From NCBI GenBank assembly GCA_963575745.1, contig CAUYUJ010000318.1, positions 62,001 to 115,414 of the forward strand: a DNA stretch of 53,414 nt, read 5' to 3'. The notes beneath the pieces were generated by a model. The model did no database searches, was not told the DNA's origin, and saw only the letters and a program-made list of their open reading frames with translations. A program made the position numbers and the translations under genes. This DNA comes from Prorocentrum cordatum (lineage: Eukaryota). Positions 8,930 to 23,949 of this stretch are shown here, piece by piece. Position 1 is the stretch's first letter, and the number at the start of each line of letters is the position of its first letter.

Positions 8930-10340
8930 CTTGAACATCTGTCCAACGATTCCCCTCGCTTCGCGGGGTGCACGTCCGGAGTACTCTTGGGGCCATCCTG
9001 TACCGTCTTGGTTACGTCGTCGCGGGGCCTCTTGGGAGCCTCTTTGAGCCTCTTGGGAACTTCTTTGAGGCCTCTCCCCCTTCCCTCATTTTCAAACTCC
9101 CTCCCCATCCCCTTCCAGCGCCAGCTCTAATCATGGGCGCCGCCGTGACCAACTTCCACCTGGCTGGCGCTGCGCCGCACTTCGCCAATTGGGGAAAAAT
9201 GACAGTACACTCCAGTCGCTGTGTGGGCCTTGGGGGGCTTCTATGGGGCCTTTTTGGAGGCTTCTAGGAAACTTCTTGGAGGCCTCTTGGAGGTTTCTTG
9301 GGGCCCCTTGGGGGCCTCTTGGGGGCGCCCTGTGCCGTCTTGGGGCGTTTTTCTGCCGTTTCGCTCCTTCGGAGGCCGTTTTGGGGGCCTCTCGCGGCCG
9401 CCTTGGGGCCCTCTTGGGGTCCTCTCGGGCCGTTTTCGGCGCCTCTTGGACCGTCTTGGGGGCCTCTGTGGGCCGTCTTGGGGCCCTCTTGGGCCGTCTT
9501 GGAGCCCTTTTGGGGACTTTTTGGGTTGTTCTGGGGCGATGTTGGAAGCTGTTTGGGCCGTAGCGGCGAGAGCGTTGAAATATCGCCACAACCATCCGGA
9601 AATCAATGGTTTCGGCATCTGGAGGCGCAGTTGTGGGCGCTCTTAGGGCCCTGTTGGGCCGTCCTTAAAGTTTGTCGGGCCCTCTCGGGCCCATCTTGAG
9701 CCGTCTTGGCGCCCTCGTGGCCCCCCAAGGGGCCCAAAAGGTCGAAGTCATAGATTTTCTATAGGTTGTGGCAAGTTTTTGAGCCCCGGGAGGGGGTGGC
9801 CACTTTGGGCCGACGGATGTGGCGTAGCCCCTGGGGGGGGGGTAGGGGGAGACATAATGATGTAACACATTACAACATGTTGCATGTATGCAATCTTCGG
9901 ATACATTGGATACGTTGCATGAAGGCGTTCGCCAGAAAACGCTGCCGCTCAGCACGCCACCTACGGACGTGGATTCCTTTCGCTTCGCGGGGTGCACGTC
10001 CGGAGCACGTACAGTCCAGTCGTTGTCGGGCCTTTGGGAATTTCTTGGGGGCCCCTTGGAGGCCTCTTTGGGGCCTCTTGGGTCCTCGCGGGGGCGTATG
10101 GGAGGCCTCTTGGGGGCCTCTGGGGGGCCTCTTGGGCCCCCGTGTGGGCGTCTTGCACGCGCTCTTGCGTTCTCTGGTCCCTTCGGAGACTGTCTTGGGG
10201 TACTCTTGGGCCGTCTTGGGGGCCTCTTGGGGCTGTTTGGTGGCCCTCTTCGGACGTTTCGGGGCCCTCTTGAGGGCTTCTTGGGCCTTCCGGGGGCCAC
10301 TTCGGAGGCTGTTTCAGCTGTCCTGGACTTCTGACAGTCG
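8930..10340. repeat. Composite interspersed repeat: conserved blocks separated by degenerate (GGGCCTCTT/GGGCCGTCTT)n
   Basis: Blocks CGCTTCGCGGGGTGCACGTCCGGAG (~8957, ~9981, variant ~15618), TCTAATCATGGGCGCCGCCGTGAC (~9126, ~16801) and GGCCACTTTGGG...CATAATGATG (~9798, ~11711, ~17562) recur. Related tracts lie at 3400-3560, 11470-11990, 18230-18910 and 40620-41500. Confidence 0.85.
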
Positions 10341-10547
10341 AAATAAGCGGGAACGCTGAAATCTTCAATTACTCCGACGGAAGGACCCCACATGAGAATC
10401 TTTTGGGCGAGTCTGGAAAAAGCCCTCACCGTCGTCCTCGTGGTTGGTGAGGCGCCCTGGCTGTCTCCTCCTCTGCGTATATTTTTTCTCGCCCTGGCGC
10501 GGGCCCCCCCCCGCTCTTTACGTTGCCCCCGACCTCGCCCTCTTGTT

Positions 10548-10730
10548 TTGGCTCCGGACATTCAGAAAGTGGCCCGGGAGTGGCGTTCTGGGAACACGAA
10601 GAACACGAAATCGCTTACATTTGGCTCCGGGCATTCAAAATATGGCCCAGGAGTGGTGTTTTGGGAGCACGAAGAATACGAAGAAACCTACAGTTGGCTC
10701 CGGGCATTCAAAATGTGGCCTGGGAATGGC
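10548..10730. repeat. 73-bp tandem repeat, ~2.5 copies
   Basis: TTGGCTCCGG(A/G)CATTCA begins at 10548, 10621 and 10694. Confidence 0.9.
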
Positions 10731-11165
10731 CTTCCGGCAGCGCGAGAGCCCAAAAGTGGCGACAGTTATAAGAATCTGATGACCCGCTCGGATTAGTAAA
10801 TGATCCGCGGGCCCCATAGGGAGGGTGTTCCCGCTTGAGACTTCCTCGCAATTCACCCACACATGTGGCCTGGGAGTGGCTTTCTGGCAGCGCGAGAGCC
10901 CAAAAGTGGCGACACTTACAGGAATTGGATGACCCGCTCGGATTAGTAACATGATCCGCGGGCCCCATAGGGAGGGGGCTCCCGCATAAGATTTCCTCGC
11001 AATTCACTCACAGATGTGTCCTGGGAGTGGCGTTCTGGCAGCGCGAGAGCCCAAAAGTGGCGACACTCATAGGAATTGGATGACCCGCTCGGATGAGTAA
11101 CGTGATCCGCGGGCCCCATAGGGAGGGGGTTCCCGCTCGAGACTTCCTCGCAATTCACTCACAGA
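10714..11165. repeat. ~150-bp tandem repeat, 3 copies
   Basis: GGCAGCGCGAGAGCCCAAAAGTGGCGACA...GATGACCCGCTCGGAT...GATCCGCGGGCCCCATAGGGAGGG recurs with a 150-151 bp period. Confidence 0.95.
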
Positions 11166-11178
11166 CGAGGCCCAAGGC

Positions 11179-11400
11179 GAGTGAGTGAGTGAGTGACTGA
11201 CTGACTGAGTGACTGACTGACTGACTGGTGACGACGATGATCATCACACTCTCTCACGCGCACACTCATCATCATCGTATGTGAGTGTGGATGAGTCAGT
11301 GAGTGAGTGAGTGAGTGAGTGAGTGAGAGAGTGAGTGTGTGAGGGATGATGAGTGAGTGAGTGAGTGAATGAGTGAGGAATGAGTGATGATGATGGTGGG
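11179..11400. repeat. (GAGT/GACT)n microsatellite
   Basis: Directly visible. Confidence 0.9.
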
Positions 11401-12094
11401 TTCCTGTTCCTGCGCGGGGTGTCCAGAGAAAACAAGAAACCCACTTTGGATGTGGGGAAAAAACCATTGGAGAATCAATGGTTTTTGGTTTCTGGAGGTG
11501 TCTTTGGGGGTCCTCTGGGGGCCGTTTTGGGGCGTCCTGGGGTCTTCGTAGGGCCTCTTGGGGCCATCTTGGGCCGTATTGGGGCCATCTTGGACCGCCT
11601 GGGGGCCATCTCGAGCCGTCTTGAGGCCCTGTTGGGCCCCAAGAGGGCCAACAGGCCCGTCATTGATTTTCTATAGGTTTTGGTAGGCTTTTGAGGCGCA
11701 GGAGGGAGGGGCCACTTTGGGTCGGCGGAAGTGGTGTGGCCCCTGGGGGGGGTTTGGGGGGGTACATAATGATGTAACACAATACAATATGTAGCAATTT
11801 TGCAATCATTGGATACATTGGAGACGTTGCATTATAGCCTCAGCTGACCTGCCTCCGGCAACGTCCGGAGCACGTAGCGACTGGGCGTCGGGTGGTTTGC
11901 TTTGCGGGTTTTCGTCGCTGGTCTGCCGTGTCGTCTTCAAGAGGAGCGGCGGATGCGCCACGCTTGGATACATTGGATACGTTGCGTTAACCCTATCCAG
12001 TTAACACCCCCCCCCCCCTTTCCGGTGGATTATAACGCCCCCGCACCCTGGATCGTTATGGCTGCACCGGAAGACCTGGCTGCGGGGACTCGGG

Positions 12095-12364
12095 GCCCAG
12101 CTAGGGCTTCGCAGGGCCTAGCAGTGCTAGGCTTTAGCAGGGCTCCGCAGGGCTCAGCAAAGCTCAGCAGGGCTTAGCAGGGCTTAGCAGGGCCTAGCAG
12201 GACTGACCAGGGCTGAGCAGGGCTTTGCAAAGCCTAGCAGGGCTCAGCAAGGCTTAGCAGGGCTTAGCAAGGCTCAGCGGGGCTTAGCAAGGCCCTGTAG
12301 GGCTTAGCAGGGACTAGCAGAGCCCAGCAGGACTCAGCAGGACTTGGCCGGGCTTAGCAGGGCT

Positions 12365-12366
<2 letters not shown>
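12095..12366. repeat. 10-bp minisatellite (TTAGCAGGGC)n
   Basis: Directly visible; resumes at 14180-14220 and 14830-15350. Confidence 0.9.
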
Positions 12367-14175
<1,809 letters not shown>

Positions 14176-14829
14176 TCAAGCAGAGCGTGGCTTAGCAGTG
14201 CCTAGCAAGGCTTAGCAGACTCAGACTGCTCAGGCTCACTCACACTCAGAATCCGTGCGTGCCCGTTCCTCGGGCTCTCTCGTATTTCTGGGTCCGCGGG
14301 TGCTAAGATAACGCGGGGGTGCGGGGCGGGGGACGCCCTGGGGTGCCCCCCCCCCCCCCCTTGGAAGGCCGACGAAAGACTATTTCTGTAAGGAGGATGT
14401 TTAAAGGAATCGCATGGGAAGAGGAGGAGGAGGAGGAGGAGGAGGAGGAGGAGGAGGAGGAGGAGGAGGAGGAGGAACAGGAGGAGGAGGAGGAGGAGGA
14501 CGAGCTAGGACACAATAAGAAAACACAGGAAAAGCAGAGTTGTGTCTGAGTTGTGGGTCACGGACTTGGGAAGTGCTTGGGTTGTGTGTCAGACACTGGA
14601 ACAGTGCCTGGGTTGTGGGTCAGAGACTGGAGCACTGCCTGGGTTGTGACTGAATCATTCTGCTAAGACTCACTCACGGTCAGACCCATGGTGCTCAGAC
14701 TCACTCACACTCAAAATTCGTGATCCTTCTTGGGATCGTGGTACTATTCATGAGTATGAACATTAGTATTATGATGACTCTTGCTTGGTTTATCATTCGT
14801 ATTGTGATACTCGTGCTCAGACATCAGGT

Positions 14830-15350
14830 CTGGGCAGGGCTTAGCAAGGCTTAGCAGGGCTCAGCAAGGCTAAACCTCGGACCGCGCTCCGGCCCACGCG
14901 TAGCAGGGTTTGGCAGGGTTCAGCAGGGCTTAGCAGGGCCTCGCAGAGCTTAGCAGGGCCAAGCAAGGCCAAGCAAGGCTGAGCAGGGCTTGGCAGGGCT
15001 TTGCACGGCTTAGCAGGGCTTAGCAAGCGCCAACAAGGCTTAGCAGGACCTAGCAGGGCTTAGCAGGGCTTAGCTTCGGACCTCGTTTGGACCAGGGTTT
15101 AGCAGGGCCTCGCATGGCTTAACCGAACTTCGCAGGGCTTGCCTCGGACCAAGCTCGGACCACGCCTACAAGACCATGGCAGGGCGTAGCAGCGCTGAGC
15201 AGGGCTGAGCAGGGCCTGCCTAGCAGGGCTGAACTAGCAGGGCTTAGCAGGGCCCTGTACAGGGCGTAGCAGGGCTTAGCAGGGTTTGGCAGGGCTTCGC
15301 AAGGCCCATCGGCCCGCAGAGCTTAGCAGGGTTTAGCAGGACCTACCAGG
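14830..15350. repeat. 10-bp minisatellite (TTAGCAGGGC)n, degenerate
   Basis: Directly visible. Confidence 0.85.
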
Positions 15351-15569
15351 GATAGGGGTCCACAGAGATCAGGGCTAGATCCTTGACGTTCGTTGCGACA
15401 CCCTCTCTTGGCCTCATTGGGGCGGCCACCGATGGATTTTGTTTTCTGTTTGCGGCGGGTGCTAAGTTTTTCGTTCAGCGAAAACTGCCCGCCTGGAATA
15501 TTGAAAAACCGGGTGCTAAGAATAACCTTTTGGGGGTTTTCTTAATAACTGGATAGGGTTATACATCCG

Positions 15570-17760
15570 CAGGAAACGCTGTTGCTTAACGCGTCACTTC
15601 TGGACGTGGATTCCTTCCGCTTGGCGGGGTGCTCGTCAGGACCACGTGCAGTCCAAGTGTGGGACCTTTTTGGAGCCTTTTGGGGCCTTCTATGGGGGTC
15701 TCTTGGGGGCTTCTTGTGGCCGCCAGGGGGCTTTTTCGGGGCCTCTTGGGGGCATCTTGGGCCTTCTGGGGGCGCTCTCGCGCGGTGTAGCTCCTGCGGA
15801 GGCCGTCTTGGTGGCCTCGGGGCCGCCTTGAGGCTTTCTGGGGGTCCTCTTGGGCCGTTTTGGCGGCCTCTTGGACGGTCAGGGCCCCTCTGAGAGTCGA
15901 CAAAGGCGAGAACGCTTAAATCTTTGAGAAACCATGCGGCAATCAATCAGTGTGGCTCCGCCTCCTCCTCCTCCTCCTCCTCCTCCTCCTCCTCCTCCTC
16001 CTCCTCCTCCTCCTCCCCCTCCGCCTTTTCCGCGTCGTCCTCTTAATGTGGTTCGGACCAGGACGGGGAGCTAAAACACTGTCATCGTGAGGGGGGAAGC
16101 CGGCCACGAAGCGATTCGTCCTTTTGTTGCTTGAGTTTCTTCGTTTTAATGTCTTCCCTTCCCTTTTTTATTTCATGTGCGTCGTTGTTTTTTCATGTCA
16201 GTGGCCCCACGTCGCTGGGATCCTTTTCGTCGTTGGAGCCCTCTTTCGTCGCGGAGTTCCTTTTCGTGGTGTGAATTCCTTTTCGTCGTGCGAGTCCCTT
16301 TTCGTCGTTGGAGTCCCCTTTCGTCGTGGGGGTCCCTCGCGTCGTCGCGGGAGCCCCTTTTCGTCATTTGAGTTCCTTTTCGTCGCGGAGTTCCTTTTCG
16401 TCGTGGAGTTCCTTTTTGTTGATTCGGTCCCTTCTCGTCGTTGGAGTCCGTTTTCGTCGTGGAGTTCTTTTCGTCATGTGAGTCCCTTTTCGTCGTGTGA
16501 GTCCTTTTTCGTCGTTGGAGTCCTCTTTCGCCGTTGGAGTCCCTCGCGTCGTCGCGGGAGTTCCTTTTCGTCATTTGAGTTCCTTTTCGTCGTGGTCGTT
16601 GTGTGGCCTTTGGGAGGCTTCTTTGGGGTTTCTTGGAAGTTTCTTGGGGGTTTTCTCGAGACTTAGTGGGGGCTTCCGGGGGCCTCTTGGGGGCCTCCTG
16701 GAGGCCTCTTGGGGTTTCTTTGATCCTCCTGGGTGTTTCTTTGGGGCCTCTCCCCTTTCCTTCCTTTTCATTATCCCTGCCTTTCCCTTCAAACGCCGGC
16801 TCTAATCATGGGCGCCGCCGTGACAAATTTCCACCTTGCTGGCGCTGCACCGCGGTTCGCCCAGAGGGAAAAAAATACATTACCGTCCAGCCGGTGTGTG
16901 GTTTTTTGGAGGCTTCTTTGAGGCCTCTTGGAAGCTTCTTGTGTTTTTTTTTGGAGGCCTCCTGGGAGCTTTTTGGGGCCTCTTGGGGGCCTCTTGGGGC
17001 CTCTTGGGGGCGCGTTCGGCTGTCTTGCGGCGCTTTTGCGCCGTTTCGCCCCTTGGAAGGCCCTTTTGGAGGCCTCTCCTGGCCGCCTTGGGTCTCTTTT
17101 GGGGTCCTCTTGCGCCGTTTGGGGTGGGGGGCCTTTTGGACCGTCTTGGGGGCCTCTTTGGGGCGTCTTGGGGCCCTCTTGGGTCGTTTTGAGACCCTCT
17201 TCGGAGCCTCTGGGACACTTTATGGGGCCATTTTGGAAGCTGCTTGGGCCGTCGTGGGCCTCTGAGAGTCGAGAAATGGCGAGAACGCTAAAGTCGTAAG
17301 AAAAACCATAGGGCAATTTATGATTTGGGCTTCTGGAGGCGCAGTTGTGGGCGCTCGTGGGGCCCTCTTGGGCCATCCTCGGGGTCGTGGGCTCTCTTGG
17401 GGCAATGTCGGGCCGTCTTGGGGCCGTCCTGGCCCGTTCAGAGGCCATCTTGGGCCGCCTGGGCGCCCTCGTGGGGCCCCAGGCGGACGACGGGGCCCAA
17501 ATTACAGATTGTCCATCGGTTTTGGTTGGGTTCTATCGGATTTTGAGGCGCAGGAGGGAGGGGCCACTTTGGGTCGGCGGAAGTGGTGTGGCCCCTGGGG
17601 GGGGGGGGTAGGGGGGTGCATAATAATGATGATACAATTATGCAATCATTGGATGCACTGGAGACGTTGTATTATAGCCTCCGTGGACCTGCTTCCGGCA
17701 ACACGTCACTTCCGGACGTGGATTCTACAGGCTTGCGACACATCCGCCGACCCCTTTGTT
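15570..17760. repeat. Second copy of the composite GGGCCTCTT repeat, interrupted by (CCT)n and a ~21-bp minisatellite (16200-16595)
   Basis: Same block order as 8930-9960; TTTTCGTCGT(T)GGAGTCCC units at 16200-16595. Confidence 0.75.
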
Positions 17761-20674
17761 ATGTTTTGTTTGCCGAGATACCGGTTCCCAGGTCTTCTTT
17801 GGAAACTGCGGCCCTTGGGCCTTCTTACATACCACTTGGGAGCCTGTTGAGCTGTCTTTAACGCGATGGGAGGACAGGAGGCACATGTGCACAATATGCA
17901 GTGGCACTGGCGGCCCGGGCCCCGGGTCGGCACACTCTCCGAGATCATCCCTCTTGGGCTCACGACTTCTCCCCGGGCCGTCCGGGCTCCTAGGCGGGTA
18001 TCCGAGGGCTACGCCAGGGGAAACAGGAAGAGGAAGGAATGATAGAAAGGGGGGGGGTGATCGTTGTTTTTGTTTGGAGGCCAGGGGAAGGGAATGGTGA
18101 TAGAGGCGGCGGATCGGACTGCCTGGGGTGGCATTGTCGCTACGGCCGGACTCCGTGAGAGTGTCCCGTGGCCTTCGGCCCATCCGGCCGCTGTGCCTGG
18201 GTTGTGGGTGTGAAGCCTCGGGGCTATCCGTGGGGATCTCGTGGGAAGGCTTCTCGCGAGCCTCTTGGGGGCTGTTTCGAAGGCTTTTGGGTGCCTTTGG
18301 GGGGCCTCTTGGGCCCTCTCGGGGACCTTTTCGGGCTTCCTGGGAGTCTCTTCGGGGGGGAAACGTATATTTTCGTTTCAAGGATCCCCTCTTGGGCGTT
18401 GTCTGGGGCATGCTGGTGGCACTTTTTGGCCGTCTTGTGCGCCTCTGGGGCCAGCTTGGAACCCCCTGGGGCCGTTTTGGGGGATTCGTGGGAAGGTTTG
18501 GGGCCGTCGTGGGGCGGTTTTAGGTGTTTTTTTTTTGAATGTTCTTCAACGCCGCGCAGGCCGAAGAGTCGTATATATGCTAGATGTGTTTTTGCTGTTG
18601 GCCTTCCTGGGAGGCGTCTTGGAGGCTTCTTGCAGTGTCTTCGCGGTTTCTAGGGCGTTTTGGATGATCATTCGGCGAGTCTGGGCTCTCTTGGACCGTT
18701 TTGGAGGTGACTTGGGAGGCTTGACGGGGTGTCTTGGAGCTCCAGGCCGAGCCTGCGGAGCCCGGACCGCCCCTGATGAGCTCGGGGGTGGGCCGTCCGC
18801 TGGTGTGTGTGTGTTTGTGTGGGGGATTTCCGGTTTGGGGTTCCCTTGGGGGGGGCGTTATGGCGGGGAAGAATCTCACACACCTATACACCCACAAAGT
18901 GTCGGCGGATGTAATTTCGCAGATCAAGTGGCAGATGCCACCACTATGATTCAGCGCACAACAAAATCAAACAGTGAAGATTCTTGGTTTACCCCGATCA
19001 CATTTCAGGGGCAATTGCAATACACCTTATCCGAAGTACGGCAAGATTGGGAGCAAACCAGCGGCATTGATACCACCATCAGGACACCATCTCAAGGGCC
19101 AACATCATCGAGCAGCGATGTTAGTAGATGCGTGCATGCGCGGAGGGCATGTAGGTTTGTTTCTCTTCGTGCCAAAAGCCAGAACCGCGAGGGGAAATGG
19201 TGGCCCTCGCAGTTCGGGAACGACCGCTTGGGCTTCAGCTCTGCACTGTCGGCACGCCCTTGAGCCATGGGTTGCAGCAGCTGGAGCTTTTACCAACGAC
19301 GTAGGTTTCTTCGGTGGCGTATCTGCTAGACGACGGTCCCTTCGCATTATGAGTGGGGCGGCAGCATCACCCACGGAGGTTTTCATGGCCAGACGTTCCA
19401 ACGAGAACCAGAAGCCAACACGTCTCATGCGCATGCTGGCTGACAAATACGCGCCGCACGCTGTCCGCGAAGTCGTGGGCGAAGTTGTTGAACTTCTCGC
19501 TGCGCAGTCCCGCTGGTCACGCGGGAGGCCGGCACGCGCGACACCAGCCTCATCAGATGGGACATCGTTGCTGTGCGCCGCAGCGGGTTCGACAAGGCCG
19601 CCACCAACCGGGCCTTCGGTCGGCCCCTTTCGGTAGTTTTTTTTCTTCGCCGTTGTGTATATATATGTATATATTCAACACGCGTTGGAGCCCATGGCTT
19701 CCATTCTTCTAGCCAGGTGGAGGATAGTTCGCCATGTGAAATACATGATGGCCATGCAGCTACAGGGCGCGCAGGCGTCGCAAGGAACATGCTTGACGCG
19801 AGCGGTTGGTGAACGGGCGCGCCATCATCCTCATTGTGGGATCAACCAGTAGCCCGATATCCTCGTCGCCTCCTCGACACTCGCTCGCTCGCTAACGAAA
19901 CGGGGGGGAAAGGGACACATGTTTGGCGTCATGGCCGCGACGTGGACGTCGGATCTCGGGCCGCAGCTGCAGCATGAAACTCTCGTCGCTGGTGAGGATA
20001 TTGATTTTTACCGCCAGCGCGGGGCCGCTGACGCGGGCACTGTTATCGTGGATGCCGACAGCTGCAACATCACGGCGGAACACGCGCGCCGCGTGGCCCT
20101 TCGTTGCGTGAGTTTGCCGCCTGCAGCGCCCAAGGTCAGGGCGCCGCCCCGGCACGTCGATGGGCCATTTCAACGTCCGCGAGGGGGTTTCATCCACGAC
20201 CTGGCCTCGCTCACGTTCGCTCAGCGCGCACCTGCCAACCATCGGGGGGGGGGGTGTCTTGAAATCTCAGTTCGACGTGACGCAGGACCTACAACCGGAC
20301 TTTGCGCTTCACCGCAGCAGGCATCACTTCGCGGCGCCAGCGAATGACTGGACCTCCGCCGGCAATCCCGGACACACTCTCATCGGGGCACGCGCCCACC
20401 TCTCGGTGGCAGCGGACCTTGTGGAGGCGTTTCTCATGAGCCTGTTTCATTGTTACTGTTTGGGGTATGACGGGCGTCATGGCCCCCGCCCCCCCCTTTG
20501 ACGTAACGTTCCCCCCCAGTGCGCTCCGGGCAGTGCCGCCGTGCGCATTGGGATCCGCGTAGGTGTCCGCATAGGAGTTTGGTCCGCAGTCGTCGTCGTC
20601 GTCGTCGTCGTCGTCGTGGCTCGTCGCTCGTCGCTCGTCGCACGTCGCTCATCGTCGTCGTGCGCGAGGACGCG

Positions 20675-22109
20675 GCTGGAGCCTGTTTTTTATTCCGGGC
20701 CGATGACGGCAATGATTTGGTGGGGGGCGGACGCGATAGGTGACGTCATGTTTCGCGCCGGCGGCGTCTGGGAATGCCCAGGAATGATGGACGACGGGTA
20801 ACACCAGCATGTCGGTGGCGATATGCACTACAACGCCTGTGTAAACCACAGTGCTTATGTACACCACAGCGCTTGTGTACACCACACCGCCGATGTACAG
20901 CACAGCAGCCGCGTGCAACACAGCGCACGTTCGTGCCACCGTGCTTGCTGGCACAACACTTTTTGTGTACACCACAACGCCTCCGTACACCACATCAGCC
21001 GTGTGCGACACAGCGCAATTATACACCACAATTTTTGCGTGCACTGCAGTGCCTGTGTACACGACGCCTGTGTGCACCACAGCAACCGTGTGCAACATAA
21101 CACCATCCTTGTCTTGTACATATATATATATGTGTAAATATAGAGAGAGAGGGAGAGAGAAAGAGGGAGAGATACATAACATGCTGGCATAAGTTTTTGT
21201 GGCAAAATGGAGCGATTGCGGATTCCAGGGGATACAATAGAGATACATTCCTATGGACAAAGGAGCGCCGCTGGAATCGACGAGTCTTCCCGAATCCGCC
21301 CTCATCACCTTAACTCCTCCAGTTTGCGTCCAGGAGCCTCCAGCTAAATAGGCCGCCCGACAACCAAGTGGACCGATTCAATCGACCATTCTGCGGTGCA
21401 CGCTGACATGCGCACTTGCGCTGTAGCGCCAACCCGCGCGACACGGGGTAACGAGGAGGAGGAGGAAGAGGAGGAGGAGGAGGAGGAGGGGAAGGAGGAG
21501 GAGGAGGAGGTAGTGGAGGTGGAGGAGGATGGAGGACGGCAGAACGTCGCATTCGATTATCGGCATTTTCCTGTCGTGGCGTCTTGTTGTCCGCAGCGGA
21601 TCCTCACGTACATGTTCTTTCTACGTGTCCTATGCACGCAGGCTTTGTGGTGTACACCAGCCTTGCGTTGCACGCGGCTTTTGTGGTGTAGACAGGCGCC
21701 GTGGCGTGCACAGGCGCCGCGGTGCACGCCAGCTTTGGTGCACACAGGTGCTGTGTTGCACATGGTTGCTGCGGTGTACACATTTACACGGGCGCTGTGG
21801 TCTACGCAAGCACTGATGTTCACAGGCGCTGTGTTCCACACGGTTGTTGCGGTGTACGCAGGCGTTGTGCTGTGCACGCGCGCTGTGGTGCACGCGGGCG
21901 CCGTGGTGTTTACAGGCGCATGGGGCAGATCGCCACCTACATGCTGGTTGCGTCGTCGTCGTCGGTCGTCGCTCGTCGCGTCGTGCGCGCGGTCGCGGTT
22001 GTGGTGCCGGAGCCACACGGCGGGGGGGGGCGTTACGTCATACCACCCCCCCGCCCTCCCCTCCTCCATGACGCCCGTCATCGCCGAGCATAAAGAATCG
22101 CGCTCCAGC
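20675..22109. mobile_element. Fold-back element with inverted 18-bp minisatellite arms
   Basis: GCTGGAGCCTGTTTTTTATTCCGGGCCGATGACGG pairs imperfectly with CCGTCATCGCCGAGCATAAAGAATCGCGCTCCAGC; (TGTGTACACCACAGCGCC)-type units at 20810-21110 are inverted at 21630-21920. Confidence 0.6.
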
Positions 22110-23949
22110 TGACCCAGCCATCATTAATGATCTCGCTTATTATTTTCCGCGTCAAGCAGCCGGTGGACGCGGGCGACCAGCGCGTCCCAGGCAGCATTTT
22201 GTCGGACGGACCACGCCGCGGCATCTGAGGCGCGCCCATAGACGCAGGCGGAGGTCAGAGGCCCCCCCGCGGTCATTCAAGGGAAACGCGTGCCGTAGTC
22301 CACGGACGAGGCGGCTGTGCAGATTTGGGACGAACAAACCCGCACTGGGCTGGTCGCTCGCGGGCTCGCGGGGGAATCAAGTTAATTTTCCGTGGCGCAT
22401 GGTGCGCAGCATGGTTTTCGCACGCATGCGGCGCATATGCTCGCGTTAGTCGCTGAAACTAGACAGCGTTCGCTGCCTCCCGCACCGACAGAGCGCGCCA
22501 TCCTGATGCTGGCAGATATTTTCGGACAAGTGATCCGTTCCCCCCTGTTGGGCGAACGCCGCCCCCCAGATGTGTGCGGCCCGAGTCGCCCACGCTGCGC
22601 CTCGCGAAGGGTGTCTTCAAGCCTTCCAGGGCCCTCTCGTCGCGTTCGTGCCGCGCCCCCATGCGCGTCCATGCGTTTTAGGAAGTGCGACGTCGAGGCG
22701 CTCCCTGTCCTGATTTGTGTTGCCCAGGTCCACTCTTGTGTTTGGCGCCGCCACTGCGCGGCGCTGTTTTGCGCGCGCCATCGCGAATTTGGCAGCAAAG
22801 CTTGACGAGTGGAACGAACCGAAACTGCCGACGTTTCTCATGGCCCGGTGGGCCCGCGGTAGACAGGATTGCCGCCATATGGAAACAGACGAACACGGGC
22901 GTTTCCCCAGACTTCCCGCGGCGCGTGCTTGCGACGCCGGCGCGTGCTCGCGACAAATGTCGTTTTGCGCGCTGCCTTCCTCGCGGCAATGGGCGACGCC
23001 GCTGCGGCTGGCGGAAAAACCCAAGGTTCAAGTGCTATTCATTCATTTATCTGGCCAGATTTCTCTTTTGGGGGGTCGCCATCGTTTGGCGCATCCGAGC
23101 ACGGCGGTCCGCGCCATTGTTAATTGGTCGGGGCGCGGGGGACGGGGGCCAGCGAATGGCGTCCCGTGGTCGCTTTTGCAGCGAAGAGTTGTCGAACACT
23201 CTGGCAGCCAGCGGGCCTTGTTCAAGACCGCTGCGGAAAATGTAGGCCGCAATCTACAGAATTCAAAATTCTGGCGTTGTCAGATGTTTCCCCTGCTGTC
23301 AGCAACGAGATTCAATTTCGCACTACATCAGATGTCTTGTCTTCCACTACTTCTTCCGGGTCCCCCCGGTCCGCCCAGCGTGTTTGGCGTTGTTGCCGGT
23401 GGCGAAAATATTGCACGGATTGCCCCCGTTCCGGCGTTTTTGCGATGCGCTCGCGCGCCCTGGTATTCCGCGCATGTCTAGCGTCCAAGCCTGCGGCGGC
23501 CGGGGCGAGTGTTTGGACGCGCAGCATCGCTCAGCACTCGCCGCCGCTTTGCGCGCAATTGACTGGTAGGCTTGGATGGGCTGCTGCGCCATCAGCTACG
23601 GTCGATGTCCTTCGCCCCCGTCCTTACTTTGTGACCCCACGAGGGGGGACTTCAGGAATGGCCCGTTCCCAGAAGCTTGGGGTCCTTCAATGGTCGGCGC
23701 GCTTCCGCGCGGCGCAGGCATTCGCAAGTCTCGGTTTGCCGTCGCCGTGGAAGAGGAGGCGCAGGAGAAGGAGGAGGAGTACGAAAGGGCAGGGAAAGGC
23801 AGAAGAGGATGAGGACACGGATGAGGATTTCATTTCTCGATTCGTCGCCGCTGGATCGCCGAACTGGATTGCACGCGAGGCTCGGTGTGTCCCATCCTGT
23901 TCCACGCGTCTGTACCTATGGCTTGCCTCGCTTGCGCAACACTATGACT

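Noticed and set aside
10776..10815. CTGATGA followed by a stem, suggesting a hammerhead ribozyme
   Set aside because: No GAAA after the stem, and the other two units read TGGATGA.
18241..19263. 340-aa ORF and similar GPLG/APRRP-rich ORFs
   Set aside because: Stop-poor translations of the GGGCCTCTT repeat, open in several frames on both strands.
18990..19300. Weak resemblance to a cytosine methyltransferase motif I (SGIDT...)
   Set aside because: Requires frame switching, and no catalytic PC motif is visible downstream.
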